The notes beneath the pieces are model-generated. The model was not told the origin of the DNA, did no database searches, and was given only the letters and a program-made list of their open reading frames with translations. This document shows positions 19,767 to 30,546 of a stretch of DNA of 41,480 bases, piece after piece; position 1 is the stretch's first letter; every line of letters starts with the position of its first letter. Origin of the DNA: Promethearchaeota archaeon Loki_b32 (lineage in GTDB: Archaea > Asgardarchaeota > Lokiarchaeia > Sigyniarchaeales > SOKP01); contig NJBH01000033.1 of the NCBI GenBank assembly GCA_005223125.1, positions 1 through 41,480 of the forward strand, in the 5' to 3' direction. A program made the position numbers and the translations under genes.

Positions 19767-19917
19767 ATTTTTAAAATTCTCAAATTCTCCTTAAACACCA
19801 TATAATTATTATAGATAAATTTTTGATAAGGCATATCTTTATTAATTCTTTAAAATCAATACATTATATCGATATTAAATGTCATTTTTCAATCAATTAC
19901 CTGAGTAGGATTCAATA

Positions 19918-21579
19918 ATGAATAATGATGTCTTTACTTTTCTCGTTGGTGGTAAAGCTGGAGAAGGTGTAAAAAAAGCAGGATCAGTAGCTTCACATAT
20001 TTTTTCAAGCATGGGTCGGCATGTATTTCAAATGGATGATTATATGAGCTTAATAAGGGGAGGTCATAACTTTTCAGTTATAAGTACAGCACATAGATGG
20101 ATTAGTAGTCATTACATGAAAGCAAACCTAGTAGTAAATTTTGACAAAAGAAGCTGTGAAACCCATGTAAATGATATTGCAGAAAATGGGATTATGATTT
20201 TTAATTCAGATGAACAAGAACTTGAGAATGGTATTGGAATTCCATTAACTTCAGAAGCAGAAAAATATCCTATGAAAAATTTAATGTTTGGAGTTGGCGC
20301 TGTAGCGATATTAGCTGCAACAATTGGCTTTGAAAAAGAAGAGATGAATCAAATTATTAAAGATGAGTATCCAAGAGGAATTGAAAATAATATTGAATTT
20401 GCTAGTACAATTTATGATATTGTATATCCTGATTGCGGAAATAAGTTTTTTTTAGAGAAAGGAGATAGGGAGAGACCTATAATTACGGGAAATGAAGCAA
20501 TTAGTCTAGGGGCAATAGCCGGGGGATTAGATGTGTATTATGGGTATCCTATGACTCCCGCATCAACAATCTTACACACACTCGCTCGTGAAGCTGAAAA
20601 TTTTGGCTTAGCTGTAGTTCATGCTGAAAGTGAAATAGCAGTCATTAATATGGCAATCGGCTCAGCTTTCACAGGAGCAAGAGCTATGGTTGGAACTAGT
20701 GGAGGTGGCTTTGCTCTTATGACCGAAGGTCTCTCTTTGGCAGGTATTACAGAAGCACCCGTATTGATAATATTATCTCAAAGACCAGGACCCGCGACAG
20801 GAGTTCCTACTTACACAGAACAAGCAGATTTAGCTTTTGCCCTATCCGCTGGTCATGGAGATTTCCTAAGAATAGTTGCTTCTCCAACAACAGTTAGAGA
20901 AGCTTATTATCTTACTGCTGAAATGTTAGATTTAGTATGGAAATTCCAAACACCAGGAATATTGCTAACTGAAAAACATCTTTCAGAGAGTAGTATGACA
21001 GTAGAAATTGATTTGGAAAAATCCAAATGGGCAGAGCCAAAAATGTATAAAGATGGTAATTATAAACGATATCAAGATAAAGATGACGGAATTTCTCCTA
21101 TGTTATTTCCACCATCAAAAAAGATAATAAAATGGAATAGTTATGAACATGATGAACTGGGTATTACAACGGAAGATGCTAAGAAAATATCCTTTATGCA
21201 TGATAAGAGAAATAAAAAGCTAGAAACACTTATAGATTATTTAAAGGAGCAACAAATTGTTAAAATAATTCGAGGAGAAAATAACTCTAATATTTTTACT
21301 TATGGGTCAACTTACATGAGTGTTTTAGAAGCTCTTCGATGTGGAAGTTTAAACCCTACTACTGTCGCGCCAATATATTTGAATCCTTTACCCATATGGG
21401 AATTAAAAGAGTTTAAAAATCAAGATAATATTGTTATTGAACAAAGTTCTACTGGACAATTTACAAAGCTGCTAAAAGAAAAAGCTGGATTAAACGTAAG
21501 AAATACTATTAAAAAATATGACGGACGTCCTTTTGATCCACTTGAATTATCAATGAAAATTAAGGAGGTGCTTGAATAA
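19918..21579 (+). CDS. korA: 2-oxoacid:ferredoxin oxidoreductase alpha subunit (gamma-alpha fusion)
   Basis: GGKAGEG, IRGGHN, YPMTPAS, TSGGGF.LM.E, QRPGPATG.PT. Confidence 0.93.
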   Translation: MNNDVFTFLVGGKAGEGVKKAGSVASHIFSSMGRHVFQMDDYMSLIRGGHNFSVISTAHRWISSHYMKANLVVNFDKRSCETHVNDIAENGIMIFNSDEQELENGIGIPLTSEAEKYPMKNLMFGVGAVAILAATIGFEKEEMNQIIKDEYPRGIENNIEFASTIYDIVYPDCGNKFFLEKGDRERPIITGNEAISLGAIAGGLDVYYGYPMTPASTILHTLAREAENFGLAVVHAESEIAVINMAIGSAFTGARAMVGTSGGGFALMTEGLSLAGITEAPVLIILSQRPGPATGVPTYTEQADLAFALSAGHGDFLRIVASPTTVREAYYLTAEMLDLVWKFQTPGILLTEKHLSESSMTVEIDLEKSKWAEPKMYKDGNYKRYQDKDDGISPMLFPPSKKIIKWNSYEHDELGITTEDAKKISFMHDKRNKKLETLIDYLKEQQIVKIIRGENNSNIFTYGSTYMSVLEALRCGSLNPTTVAPIYLNPLPIWELKEFKNQDNIVIEQSSTGQFTKLLKEKAGLNVRNTIKKYDGRPFDPLELSMKIKEVLE

Positions 21580-22420
21580 GATGGAGGATCTCAAAACTGG
21601 CGCTGAAATCACATGGTGTCCTGGATGCGGAAATTTTGGAATCTTCACAGCGATTCGAAATGCAATTCCAATATTAGAAGAAAAAGGAATTAAACGTGAA
21701 AATGTTGTTATAACAGCTGGAATAGGATGCCATGCAAAGATTTTTGATTATCTTAATTTAAGTGGGATTTATGGATTACATGGACGTAATTGTTCAAACT
21801 CAGAAGGTATCAAAATTGCGAATCCCGATTTAAAAGTAATTAACTTTTCTGGAGATGCTAATGGACTAGCTGAAGGATTAACACATACAATGTTCGCAGC
21901 AAAAAGGAATCAAGATATAACCTTTATTTTACATAACAATAGTGTGTATGCCCTTACAACGGGTCAATTTTCTCCATTAGCGGAAAAAGGTTGGAAAGGA
22001 CCCTCTACGCCCAGAGGAAGCTACGAAGAACCATTTAATCCAATGTCTTTAATGATTGAGGCTGGCGCTACTTTTGTTGCAAGAAGTTTTGCAGGAGATA
22101 TAAAGCATCTCACAGATATTATGGTACAAGGAGTTGAGCATGAAGGGTTCTCATTTATAGAGGTCTTACAACCTGCCGTTCCATACCATAAATGGGCTGA
22201 ATATAGAGAACGAGTTGAATATCTTGAAAAAGAACCAGAGACTTATTTTGAAGCCATTAAGGCTGCCAAAGAAAAACATAAGTTTACAATTGGAGTATTT
22301 TATAGAACTACAAGACCAGTTTATCATAAAGAGTTATATGATGATCATAATCCAGTTACTCAAAAAATATCAAGAGAAATAAGATTAGACAAAATCAGAA
22401 AGTTTCTCTCTGATAAATAA
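21572..22420 (+). CDS. korB: 2-oxoacid:ferredoxin oxidoreductase beta subunit
   Basis: TWCPGCGNF, GIGC, LHGR, GD..., NNSVYALTTGQ.SP TPP motif. Confidence 0.93.
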   Translation: MNKMEDLKTGAEITWCPGCGNFGIFTAIRNAIPILEEKGIKRENVVITAGIGCHAKIFDYLNLSGIYGLHGRNCSNSEGIKIANPDLKVINFSGDANGLAEGLTHTMFAAKRNQDITFILHNNSVYALTTGQFSPLAEKGWKGPSTPRGSYEEPFNPMSLMIEAGATFVARSFAGDIKHLTDIMVQGVEHEGFSFIEVLQPAVPYHKWAEYRERVEYLEKEPETYFEAIKAAKEKHKFTIGVFYRTTRPVYHKELYDDHNPVTQKISREIRLDKIRKFLSDK

Positions 22421-22510
22421 AATTTTGATATTTATTTTTTCTTGGGTTTAAAACTAATTGTTATTAAAGCAGTCAATATCTTTATTTATTCTTAAAATTC
22501 TATAATTTAT

Positions 22511-22561
22511 ATGGTCATTATCAGATTAGCAAAGATTGAAGATTGTATAAAGTGTGCTGAG
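22511..22561 (+). pseudogene. 5' stub of a probable GNAT gene (MVIIRLAKIEDCIKCAE)
   Basis: Typical GNAT N-terminus IRLAxxED, then runs into poly-A. Confidence 0.45.
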
Positions 22562-22668
22562 TTTAAAATTTTGGAACTAATAAAAAAAAAAAAAAGAAAT
22601 TTTTTACTTTCAATTTCTATTAATTTGAATCTTTTATTTTTTAGCTATTAATACACCGCTAATGTTAT

Positions 22669-23862
22669 TCATAGAACTGCGTCTAAAATGAAATCTATTA
22701 AGGTACCAGTATTATCATCATCAGCAGTAAAGACTACAACTATGTTGTCTTCTGGAATAACAATTATCCGTTGACCAGATAGACCACTGGCTGAATAATA
22801 ATTATCATAAGGCCACCATAAATATCCATATGACAACATACCCCAGGGATTTATTTGAACACTCGTCGAAATATCAATCCAATCCTCCGAAACAACTTGT
22901 CTCCCTCTCCACTTTCCTTCATTTAAACACATTAATCCAATGCGAGCCATCGCTTGATGTGTCATGAAAAGCCCGAAACCTCCATGATTTTTGATCGCTA
23001 AATCTCCTGATCCCCATGCTGAAGCTCCTTCCCACCAATCCCATTCATCATCTCGGATTTTAAGTGGTTTGAATAAGTTTTTCCGAGCAAATTCAGCCAT
23101 TGTCATTCCACTTTTATTTGCGATCATTACTGATAACATTTCTGCATTTCCACTTGTATATGTCCAAAAATCAACGGGAAAACTTGCTCCAGGTGTGTAA
23201 TCCATTGGTCTTGTAAGATAAGAATCGAGATTAAAATCAGTATAATACCAAGGCCACCAGTCGCCCAACTCATCCCATTGAATACCAGAGTTCTGTAAGA
23301 GCATATTTTCTACAGTTATATCTAATTTTCTTTCGTCACCATATGTATCAGAGTCCCACCTATCTGGGAAAACCTCGAAGAAGGTCGTATCTAAATCGAA
23401 AAGTCCATGTTCAATAGCTATTCCAGTAAGAAGAGATACGACGGATTTAGTAGCACTCCATAGACAATGCAAATTACCATTTCGAAGCTGTATAAAATCA
23501 TCGGCTTCAGGCCATACATAAATCTTTTCATCTATGCGTTCAGAGTCATCAAGATATTCTTCATTAACTATATATCCATTACGAATAATTAAGGCACTAT
23601 GAAGATCAATTTCGTTTGTTGAGATATACTCATACATTTCCTCAATCTTGCTTGAATCCATGCCTTGTGCTTCGGGAGTGCATTCCCTCCATTTATCCCA
23701 ATCAGGCCAATAATTAGACTTTTTGTATTTGTATGCAAGTACCTGAGGGGAAAAAAGACCAAGAAAGATGATGATAGTAAAAGATACTCCTATTATAGCT
23801 AATTTTGTATTACGTTTATTAATCATTTTCACCCTTTTTGTTTTAATTAAAGAATGCGACAA
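22669..23862 (-). CDS. Secreted serine hydrolase, beta-lactamase class C family
   Basis: Signal peptide, SATK (SxxK), YTS, YGYLWW, ASGLSGQ; likely start is MINKR behind GGGTGA. Confidence 0.88.
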   Translation of the reverse strand: MSHSLIKTKRVKMINKRNTKLAIIGVSFTIIIFLGLFSPQVLAYKYKKSNYWPDWDKWRECTPEAQGMDSSKIEEMYEYISTNEIDLHSALIIRNGYIVNEEYLDDSERIDEKIYVWPEADDFIQLRNGNLHCLWSATKSVVSLLTGIAIEHGLFDLDTTFFEVFPDRWDSDTYGDERKLDITVENMLLQNSGIQWDELGDWWPWYYTDFNLDSYLTRPMDYTPGASFPVDFWTYTSGNAEMLSVMIANKSGMTMAEFARKNLFKPLKIRDDEWDWWEGASAWGSGDLAIKNHGGFGLFMTHQAMARIGLMCLNEGKWRGRQVVSEDWIDISTSVQINPWGMLSYGYLWWPYDNYYSASGLSGQRIIVIPEDNIVVVFTADDDNTGTLIDFILDAVL

Positions 23863-24031
23863 AATGGTCGCAAATAATATATTTTTTTCATTATATTTAA
23901 AATTTTTTTTAAATCTTACATTTTTTTAGGATGGCTCTTTGGTGAAAGCCTGCAAACAGGGAACTTATATCATCTCTAAAAATTTAAAATTTTACCTTTT
24001 CCAATAATTAAGTTTAAATATATATAGTTTT

Positions 24032-24457
24032 TTATTTATTATTCAAGGGACCAGTACGTAATAAACTTAATACTTCTTTTTCGGTTTTGTTATCATAATC
24101 TTTTCCAGATGAGACATCCATACATCGCTCTTTATTATCTAATACATATTGAATAAATTGATCAACTCCATCCTCCTTTATACACCGAGCAAAGGCTTTG
24201 ATTTTTGGATCATAATCAGTACTATACATATCTCTATCACAAGGAAATTCTTGACATTCCCAACACCCATTTAAACCCTTTTTTAAGCAACAATTATGTT
24301 GGAAACAGCCTTCTTCACTTAAATATTTACCACAACTATTTGTTGTCGATTTACATCCACCACAAGTCTCAGATAAATGACAAAGTTTACATATCAAACC
24401 ACAATATGCAATACTTTCAATAATATCTTTTTTTATATGTTCTAGCTTTTCTGGCAT
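24032..24457 (-). CDS. DUF3795-like Cys-rich protein
   Basis: AYCGLIC..C, CGGC, CC..KGL.GCWEC.EFPC. Confidence 0.8.
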   Translation of the reverse strand: MPEKLEHIKKDIIESIAYCGLICKLCHLSETCGGCKSTTNSCGKYLSEEGCFQHNCCLKKGLNGCWECQEFPCDRDMYSTDYDPKIKAFARCIKEDGVDQFIQYVLDNKERCMDVSSGKDYDNKTEKEVLSLLRTGPLNNK

Positions 24458-24561
24458 TATTTCTTACCCTTTATGGATAGTTCTCTCAATTTATGAAAGT
24501 TGAGCATGATACAAATAAAGAGATAGTATTTAAAATTTTTTTTTTAATTTATTTTAAGAAA

Positions 24562-24690
24562 AACCTGCTGTTCCATACCATAAGTGGGAGGAATACTGAG
24601 AGCGAGTTGAATATCTTGAGAAGAGACCAGAAACGTATTTTGAAGCAATTAAGGCTTCTGTAGAAAAACATAAATTTACAATATTTTATA
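24562..24690 (+). repeat. Diverged fragment of korB 3' region (equivalent to ~22170-22305)
   Basis: Encodes PAVPYHKWEEY*ERVEYLEKRPETYFEAIKASVEKHKFTI versus PAVPYHKWAEYRERVEYLEKEPETYFEAIKAAKEKHKFTI in korB. Confidence 0.92.
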
Positions 24691-24757
24691 AAAATAATCC
24701 TTAAATATAAATGCGTTCAATAAAAAATCATTATATCATTATTATAAATTTTCTTGG

Positions 24758-25597
24758 ATGAGATTGATTAAAAAAAAGGTGAATGTATTGGAAGAAATTA
24801 GTAAAAAACATATAAACTCTAATGGAAGTATTGATAATTCAAACACCATTGAAGTGAAGGATTTAAAGAAACATTTTATAGGGAAAAAAAGTTTTAATGA
24901 CGTTAAGGCTGTTGATGGAATTTCTTTTCATGTGAAAAAAGGAGAGATTTTTGGACTTTTGGGACCTAATGGGGCTGGTAAGACAACTACAATAAATATG
25001 CTATGTGGTTTATTAAAACCTACGGAAGGGACTGCTATAGTTGGAAGTTATGATGTAAGGAAGAATCTTAATAAGGTTAAGGAATTAATTAGTGTATGCC
25101 CACAAGAAGCAGCAGTATTTCCATTTCTTACAGGTAGAGAGAATATTGAGTATTTCGGTAACATGCACCTGATGTCGAAAGAAAAAATAAAAGAGCGCGC
25201 AGAAAAACTATTAAAGTTATTAGGGTTACTTGAAGCCAGTAAGCGGAAAGCAAAACATTATAGTGGAGGAATGAAAAGACAATTAAATTTATTAGTTGCG
25301 TTAATAAACGAGCCCAAAATTCTCTTCTTAGATGAGCCGACAGTGGGAATGGACCCTCGGGTTCGACGAAAAACATGGGAGTTTATTAGTTCTATAAAAA
25401 AACAAAATAGAACCATCATCTTGACAACCCATTATATCGAAGAAGCAGAAGCCCTCTGCGATAGAGTGGCGATTATTGACTATGGGAAGTTAGTAGCACT
25501 GGGACCTCCTAAAGAATTAATGGCAGAACACAAAGCTAAAAATTTGGAAGAAGTTTTTTTAAAAATTACCGGCAGAAGAATTTTGGAGGGGATTTAA
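24758..25597 (+). CDS. ABC-2 type exporter ATP-binding protein
   Basis: GPNGAGKTT, YSGGM, LFLDEPT, TTHY; likely start is the TTG near 24788 after AGGTGA. Confidence 0.93.
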   Translation: MRLIKKKVNVLEEISKKHINSNGSIDNSNTIEVKDLKKHFIGKKSFNDVKAVDGISFHVKKGEIFGLLGPNGAGKTTTINMLCGLLKPTEGTAIVGSYDVRKNLNKVKELISVCPQEAAVFPFLTGRENIEYFGNMHLMSKEKIKERAEKLLKLLGLLEASKRKAKHYSGGMKRQLNLLVALINEPKILFLDEPTVGMDPRVRRKTWEFISSIKKQNRTIILTTHYIEEAEALCDRVAIIDYGKLVALGPPKELMAEHKAKNLEEVFLKITGRRILEGI

Positions 25598-25599
25598 TA

Positions 25600-26352
25600 A
25601 TGAAAAGACAAAGAATTCTAACTGTTTTTAGGACGGAAATGAAGAAACTGATAAGAACACCGATGTTTCTGTTTTTCTCGCTGTTTTTTGTCGCGATGCT
25701 TGTTATAATATTTGGACTTGTGCTTGGTAATAATTATGGATGGGGACCTGATTTAAGTGTTTTTGAACAAATGGTTCCGGGGATGTTTGCTTACTCAGGT
25801 ATTCTAACAATATTTACTGTCGCATCATCTGTTACTGGAGACCGCGATATTGGAGTGGAAAGAAGAATGAATACAACTCCAATTACCTCTGGAGAAGTAA
25901 TGATTGGTCAAATATTATCATATACAATTATACCAATCATCCAAACAGCTATAATGTTAATAACTGCGCTTCTCATAGGTTTTCGCCCAAATTTTTCTGT
26001 TGCTGGTGTATTATTGGTATTTGTTTTTATGATCTTTCTGTCTTTTTGCTCGGTCGGGCTTGGACTGATTACCGCTACTATTGCTAAAGATGCTAAAGCT
26101 GCAGGCGCTTTAGCTTTTATCTTTATCGTGCCACAACAGTTGTTTGGTTCATTCATATACATGGGTGAGGGAACAAAAGTAATTGGGTATTTTATGCCAA
26201 GTCAATATGTTACTGACGCTTTGTACCGAATTTCTTATGGAACCACTTTAACTGATGTGAATATTTGGATTGACCTTGTAGCAATTATAATTATAAGCTT
26301 TATAATATATGTTATCGGGTTAATATTATATGATAAGTATAAAAGCACCTAA
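25600..26352 (+). CDS. ABC-2 type exporter permease
   Basis: 6 TM segments, R..G..RR..TTP motif, adjacent to the ATPase. Confidence 0.9.
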   Translation: MKRQRILTVFRTEMKKLIRTPMFLFFSLFFVAMLVIIFGLVLGNNYGWGPDLSVFEQMVPGMFAYSGILTIFTVASSVTGDRDIGVERRMNTTPITSGEVMIGQILSYTIIPIIQTAIMLITALLIGFRPNFSVAGVLLVFVFMIFLSFCSVGLGLITATIAKDAKAAGALAFIFIVPQQLFGSFIYMGEGTKVIGYFMPSQYVTDALYRISYGTTLTDVNIWIDLVAIIIISFIIYVIGLILYDKYKST

Positions 26353-26480
26353 ATTATAATTATATGCTTAAATCTATTAATTTCTTATTTTTTTTTACCC
26401 TTTTCTTTAACTTTCTATATTCTTAAAAAACAACAATCAAATAATGTAAATTTAAAAGAGGGGATTTTATTTTTAATAAT

Positions 26481-26810
26481 ATGGATGAAAATATTGATGA
26501 TTATATAAAAAAACAGAAATCTCCTCAAAAAGAAATTTATCAAATTATAAGGAACATCATATTAAAAACCTATCCAGACATTAAAGAGGAGATGAAATAT
26601 GGAGTGCCATATTATGGGAATAAATATTATATTGTTGCATTAAAGACCCATGTTAATTTAGGTTTCTCAATCAAGGGTTTAACAACAGAAGAAATTGGCC
26701 TTTTCGAAGGTACAGGAAAAACAACAAGGCATATAAAAATTAAGTCTCAAGAAAATATTGATGAGGAAAAAATAAAAAAGCTATTAAAAATGGTAAAGAT
26801 AAAAGATTAA
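26481..26810 (+). CDS. DUF1801 (YdhG-like) protein
   Basis: IKEEMKYGVPYY, HVNLGF, EGTGKTTRHIK. Confidence 0.85.
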   Translation: MDENIDDYIKKQKSPQKEIYQIIRNIILKTYPDIKEEMKYGVPYYGNKYYIVALKTHVNLGFSIKGLTTEEIGLFEGTGKTTRHIKIKSQENIDEEKIKKLLKMVKIKD

Positions 26811-26834
26811 GGTAATTAAATTCTAATTAGAATT

Positions 26835-27730
26835 ATGGACGAAACTGACCTATTTATTGTTAGAAAACTATTAGAAAACTCTTAGAAAACTCTCGCTTAA
26901 CTTACAGAGAATTAGCCAATATGACCGATATGTCGGTCAGCGGCATACATAAACGTATAAGAAACCTTGAAGATGATGGGATTATTAATGCTTATATTGC
27001 ACGACCTAGTCTAATAGCATTAAAATATCTATGGGTTGCGATTTTTGGCACTTCTAATGCAAAATCAATGGATGCAGTTAGTAAAGAGCTTGGGCAACAT
27101 GAAAATATCAGCATGGTATGCATAACTGGAGGAAAATTTATCTATATCAAAGCTTATTTAAGAGACATATCAGAACTTCAAGAATATAGTAGTTATGTCT
27201 CAAAAGTGGCTCATATTAGTGAGCCAACTGTAGGAATTATCAATGTGCCTTACATGATAACCCCAGAACCACTTACAAGGATTGATTATAAAATATTAAA
27301 GACTCTTAACAGAGATGCTAGGAAGCCAATATCAGATATTGCAGATGATGTAGGGCTCTCAGCTAAAACTGTTAGAAAACGATTAAACCGATTGATTGAG
27401 AATAAATTAGTTACATTTACCATTCAATGGACGCCGGCATATGCAAATAGTTATTTTACAATTTTTTATCTATTTTTAAACAAAGGTACTAATCTAAATA
27501 CTACAGTTCAAAATCTCAACGAGAAATTTTCTCAGAATATTGCATATTGCTTAACTTTTAGTAATATTCCTCACTTAATTTTATTTTGTACTTTGACGAA
27601 AACTTCTAAAGACACCCAGAGAATTCAAGAAGAATTGCAGACAGAGGGATTCAAGGATATAATTCCACATATTTTCTTATCGATAATGTGGTATAACTGT
27701 TGGGTCGATCAATTACTTAGAACAAAATGA
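26835..27730 (+). pseudogene. Double-HTH Lrp/AsnC regulator frameshifted by an 11-bp tandem duplication
   Basis: ATG 26835 MDETDLFIVRKLLENS*; TTAGAAAACTA-TTAGAAAACTC-TTAGAAAACTC; removing one unit restores colinearity with 29378-30262. Confidence 0.88.
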
Positions 27731-28000
27731 AAAAATTTGATAAGATTACGTTCCCAAATCTCAACCAAATGGAAAAATTTTTGGAATTTTTTGTATCAAT
27801 TCCTTTCCATTTCAGTGTAAAGATGTGAATTTTATTGATATTATTGATTATTTTTTTATTCGAAAGTTTTATGATTTTAAGGATAAATATGCTTTCCTTC
27901 TATTTAGTGGTTATAAGCCCCCTTTGCTTTTTTTTTTCTGTATTAGTGAACATAATCTTATTAGGGCCCCAAACTATATCATAATTAACAGATTTAAAAA
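27731..28000 (+). promoter_or_regulatory. Conserved intergenic module downstream of the Lrp gene (copy 1)
   Basis: Aligns by eye to 30263-30520: TTCCCAAAT.TCAAC...TGGAAAA, TATAAGC, TTTTTTCTG, AGTGAACAT, TTATTAG.GCCCCAA, ATAATTAACA. Confidence 0.75.
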
Positions 28001-28076
28001 AAAATGAAAGGAAAAAGAAAAATGATCTATGACAAAAAAAATTTAAATCCATATCACTACGGAGGAGATTATAAAA

Positions 28077-28961
28077 ATGATGAATAAACAGACAATACTG
28101 ATTGCTGGAGCGACCGGAAACATTGGGGGAGGTGCTGCGGTCGCTTTAGCAAAACGTGGTGCTAGAGTTGTGTTACTCGGGCGTTATTCCGAAAAATTAA
28201 AAGCTAGGGCGAATCTTATCCGTAGTGCTTTATCTGAAGCACAGATCGATTATCAGGATACGGACATTGCCATGCTGGTGGTCGACTTCTCTGATATGGA
28301 GTCTGTGAATCACGCGGCAGCCGAGGCTATGAACCGATTCCCGATGATAAATGGTCTGATACTATCTGTTGGCGTTCTTATCCAAAAAGGTCCGAAACTC
28401 CTGGACAGCGGTCATGAGGTGATGTTTGCTACAAACGTGATGGGGCCGTTTTTGTTCACCCAGCTGTTGTTAAAGAGGATGCAGCAATCAGACGGATTGG
28501 TCCTTCATGTGATTAAAAAATCCTATAAAGAAATCGATTGGGATGATCTTGAAAGCATCAGAAAACACAAGACAGATACGGCATACAACAGGACCAAGAC
28601 ATGCAACCTGGTGATCGCTGCGGAGTTGGCTCGACGATATGCTGGAAAGATCTCCTCTGTAGCATTCAATCCTACGTTCATCATCGATAAATCAGACCCG
28701 GAGTTGGACAAAAGGTGGCCATCCGGATTCATGGGTTTCTTCTGGCGGCTATTGACAGTACTCCTTGCAAAGCCACCTGCGGTCGCGGGTGAGCCTATTG
28801 CGGATCTGATGCTTTCATATCGAGATCGTAGTGCAATCAATGGAGCCTTGTTCAAACTGGATAAACGCGTCAAAAAACCTTATAAGGCAATGAATGACGA
28901 GGTATTAGGAAAAAGGTTGTGGGATGAGTTGGTTCTACTAACAGGATTAAAAGCTGAATGA
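28077..28961 (+). CDS. SDR family oxidoreductase, GC-richer than host
   Basis: GATGNIGGG, MFATNVMG, YNRTK (YxxxK). Confidence 0.9.
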   Translation: MMNKQTILIAGATGNIGGGAAVALAKRGARVVLLGRYSEKLKARANLIRSALSEAQIDYQDTDIAMLVVDFSDMESVNHAAAEAMNRFPMINGLILSVGVLIQKGPKLLDSGHEVMFATNVMGPFLFTQLLLKRMQQSDGLVLHVIKKSYKEIDWDDLESIRKHKTDTAYNRTKTCNLVIAAELARRYAGKISSVAFNPTFIIDKSDPELDKRWPSGFMGFFWRLLTVLLAKPPAVAGEPIADLMLSYRDRSAINGALFKLDKRVKKPYKAMNDEVLGKRLWDELVLLTGLKAE

Positions 28962-29377
28962 ATCCTGAGCACTTATCTTCAGCCTCATATTTCGCTTTCA
29001 GCTGCCGTCTCAATCAACTTATTTTTTATTTCTTTTTTTTGTTATATTTTAAGAAAAAATTGCCATCTATTTAATTCTTTATATCAATTTGTCAAGTGTT
29101 TTATTTCTATATAGTTTTGGCTTTCTTTTCCTTAATTTCATTGTTTTTCTTAAAGATATATTAAAATTCAATCAGGCAATGAGATTTAAAGAAATTGATG
29201 TGAAAACCTACACAAATGACGTATAAGATAAATTTTTTAACTGAATCTCTTTTTTATTTTAAAAAAATCTCTAGCAAGAGAACAAGATTTAGAATTCTAA
29301 CTATTTCAAAATATAAATAATAATGACAATTAAATCATATGCCTTCTAAAAATATTATTTAATTTCTTGTTAGATTT

Positions 29378-30262
29378 ATGGATGAAATTGACTTATTCAT
29401 TATTAAAAAGCTGTTTGTAAACTCTCGCCTTACATACCGAGAATTAGCGGAATTGACCGATATGTCCGTGAGTGCTACTCATAAGCGTATTAATAAACTT
29501 GTAGATGATGGGATAATCTCTGCTTTTATTGCACGACCAAGTGTAATAGCATTAAAATTTCTATGGGTTGTGATTTTTGGCACTTCTAATGCAAAATCAA
29601 TGGATGCAGTTAGTAAAGAGATAGGGCAACATGAATGTGTTGAAAGTGTTGCAATCGGGGGCGGTAAATTTCTCATTATTGTTGGGTTTTTAAGAGATAT
29701 ATCAGAACTGCAAGATTATAGTGGTCATGTCTCAAAAACCGCTCAAATAAGTGAGCCAACTATAGGAATCATAAATGTTCCTTACATGATAACCCCAGAA
29801 CCACTTACAACTATTGATTACAAGATATTAAAAACTCTTAATAAAGATGCAAGAAAACCTATAACAGATATTGCTGATGATGTAGGGCTTTCAGCTAAAA
29901 CTATTAAAAGACGATTAGATCGAATGATTGAAAATCATTTAGTTACATTTTCCATTCAATGGAAACCATTATATGATGTCAGTTTCATAACAATTTTTAA
30001 TCTAATTTTAAATGAAGGAACTGATATATATTCTAAAATTCAATATATTAACCAGAAATACTCTAAGAATATTGTTATTTGCTTTAGCTATAGTAATATT
30101 CCTAACTTGATTACATTAGAAACATGGGCAAGAACTGCTCAAGAATCCCAAAGAATTCAGGAAGAATTGCAAACTGAAGGGTTCAAAGATGTAATCCCCC
30201 AAATTGCTTTATCAGGAGATTATTATGATTGTTGGGTAGATCAATTACTTAGAACTAAATGA
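29378..30262 (+). CDS. Double-HTH Lrp/AsnC family transcriptional regulator (intact)
   Basis: MDEID..I...L..NSR.TY.ELA and a second IDYKILKTL.KDARKP..DIA HTH. Confidence 0.9.
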   Translation: MDEIDLFIIKKLFVNSRLTYRELAELTDMSVSATHKRINKLVDDGIISAFIARPSVIALKFLWVVIFGTSNAKSMDAVSKEIGQHECVESVAIGGGKFLIIVGFLRDISELQDYSGHVSKTAQISEPTIGIINVPYMITPEPLTTIDYKILKTLNKDARKPITDIADDVGLSAKTIKRRLDRMIENHLVTFSIQWKPLYDVSFITIFNLILNEGTDIYSKIQYINQKYSKNIVICFSYSNIPNLITLETWARTAQESQRIQEELQTEGFKDVIPQIALSGDYYDCWVDQLLRTK

Positions 30263-30520
30263 GATATTTTTCTAAATTCCATTCCCAAATTTCAACTAGA
30301 TGGAAAATATTTTGGTAGTTTTAGTTCCAAAATATATTCATTTGAGAGGAAAAAAGCGGATTTTATCAATATTTTTCATTTTTAATTAATTAAATATTTC
30401 ATAATTTCACCCATAACTTTTTATTCCTTTTATTTAAGGACTATAAGCTCTCATTGCTAATTTTTTTCTGTCCAAGTGAACATGCTTTTATTAGAGCCCC
30501 AATCTGTATTATAATTAACA
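30263..30520 (+). promoter_or_regulatory. Conserved intergenic module downstream of the Lrp gene (copy 2)
   Basis: Homologous to 27731-28000 and, in its first ~85 bp, to 37405-37490. Confidence 0.75.
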
Positions 30521-30546
30521 AAAAAAAATAAAAAAGGTGGTAAAAA

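Noticed and set aside
23928-23980. GC-richer patch between the serine hydrolase and DUF3795 genes as an ncRNA
   Set aside because: No clear fold or match within the window; probably another unidentifiable gene scrap.
27825-28007. 60-aa ORF between Lrp and SDR
   Set aside because: It lies in the conserved non-coding module, and the frame is not preserved in the second copy.
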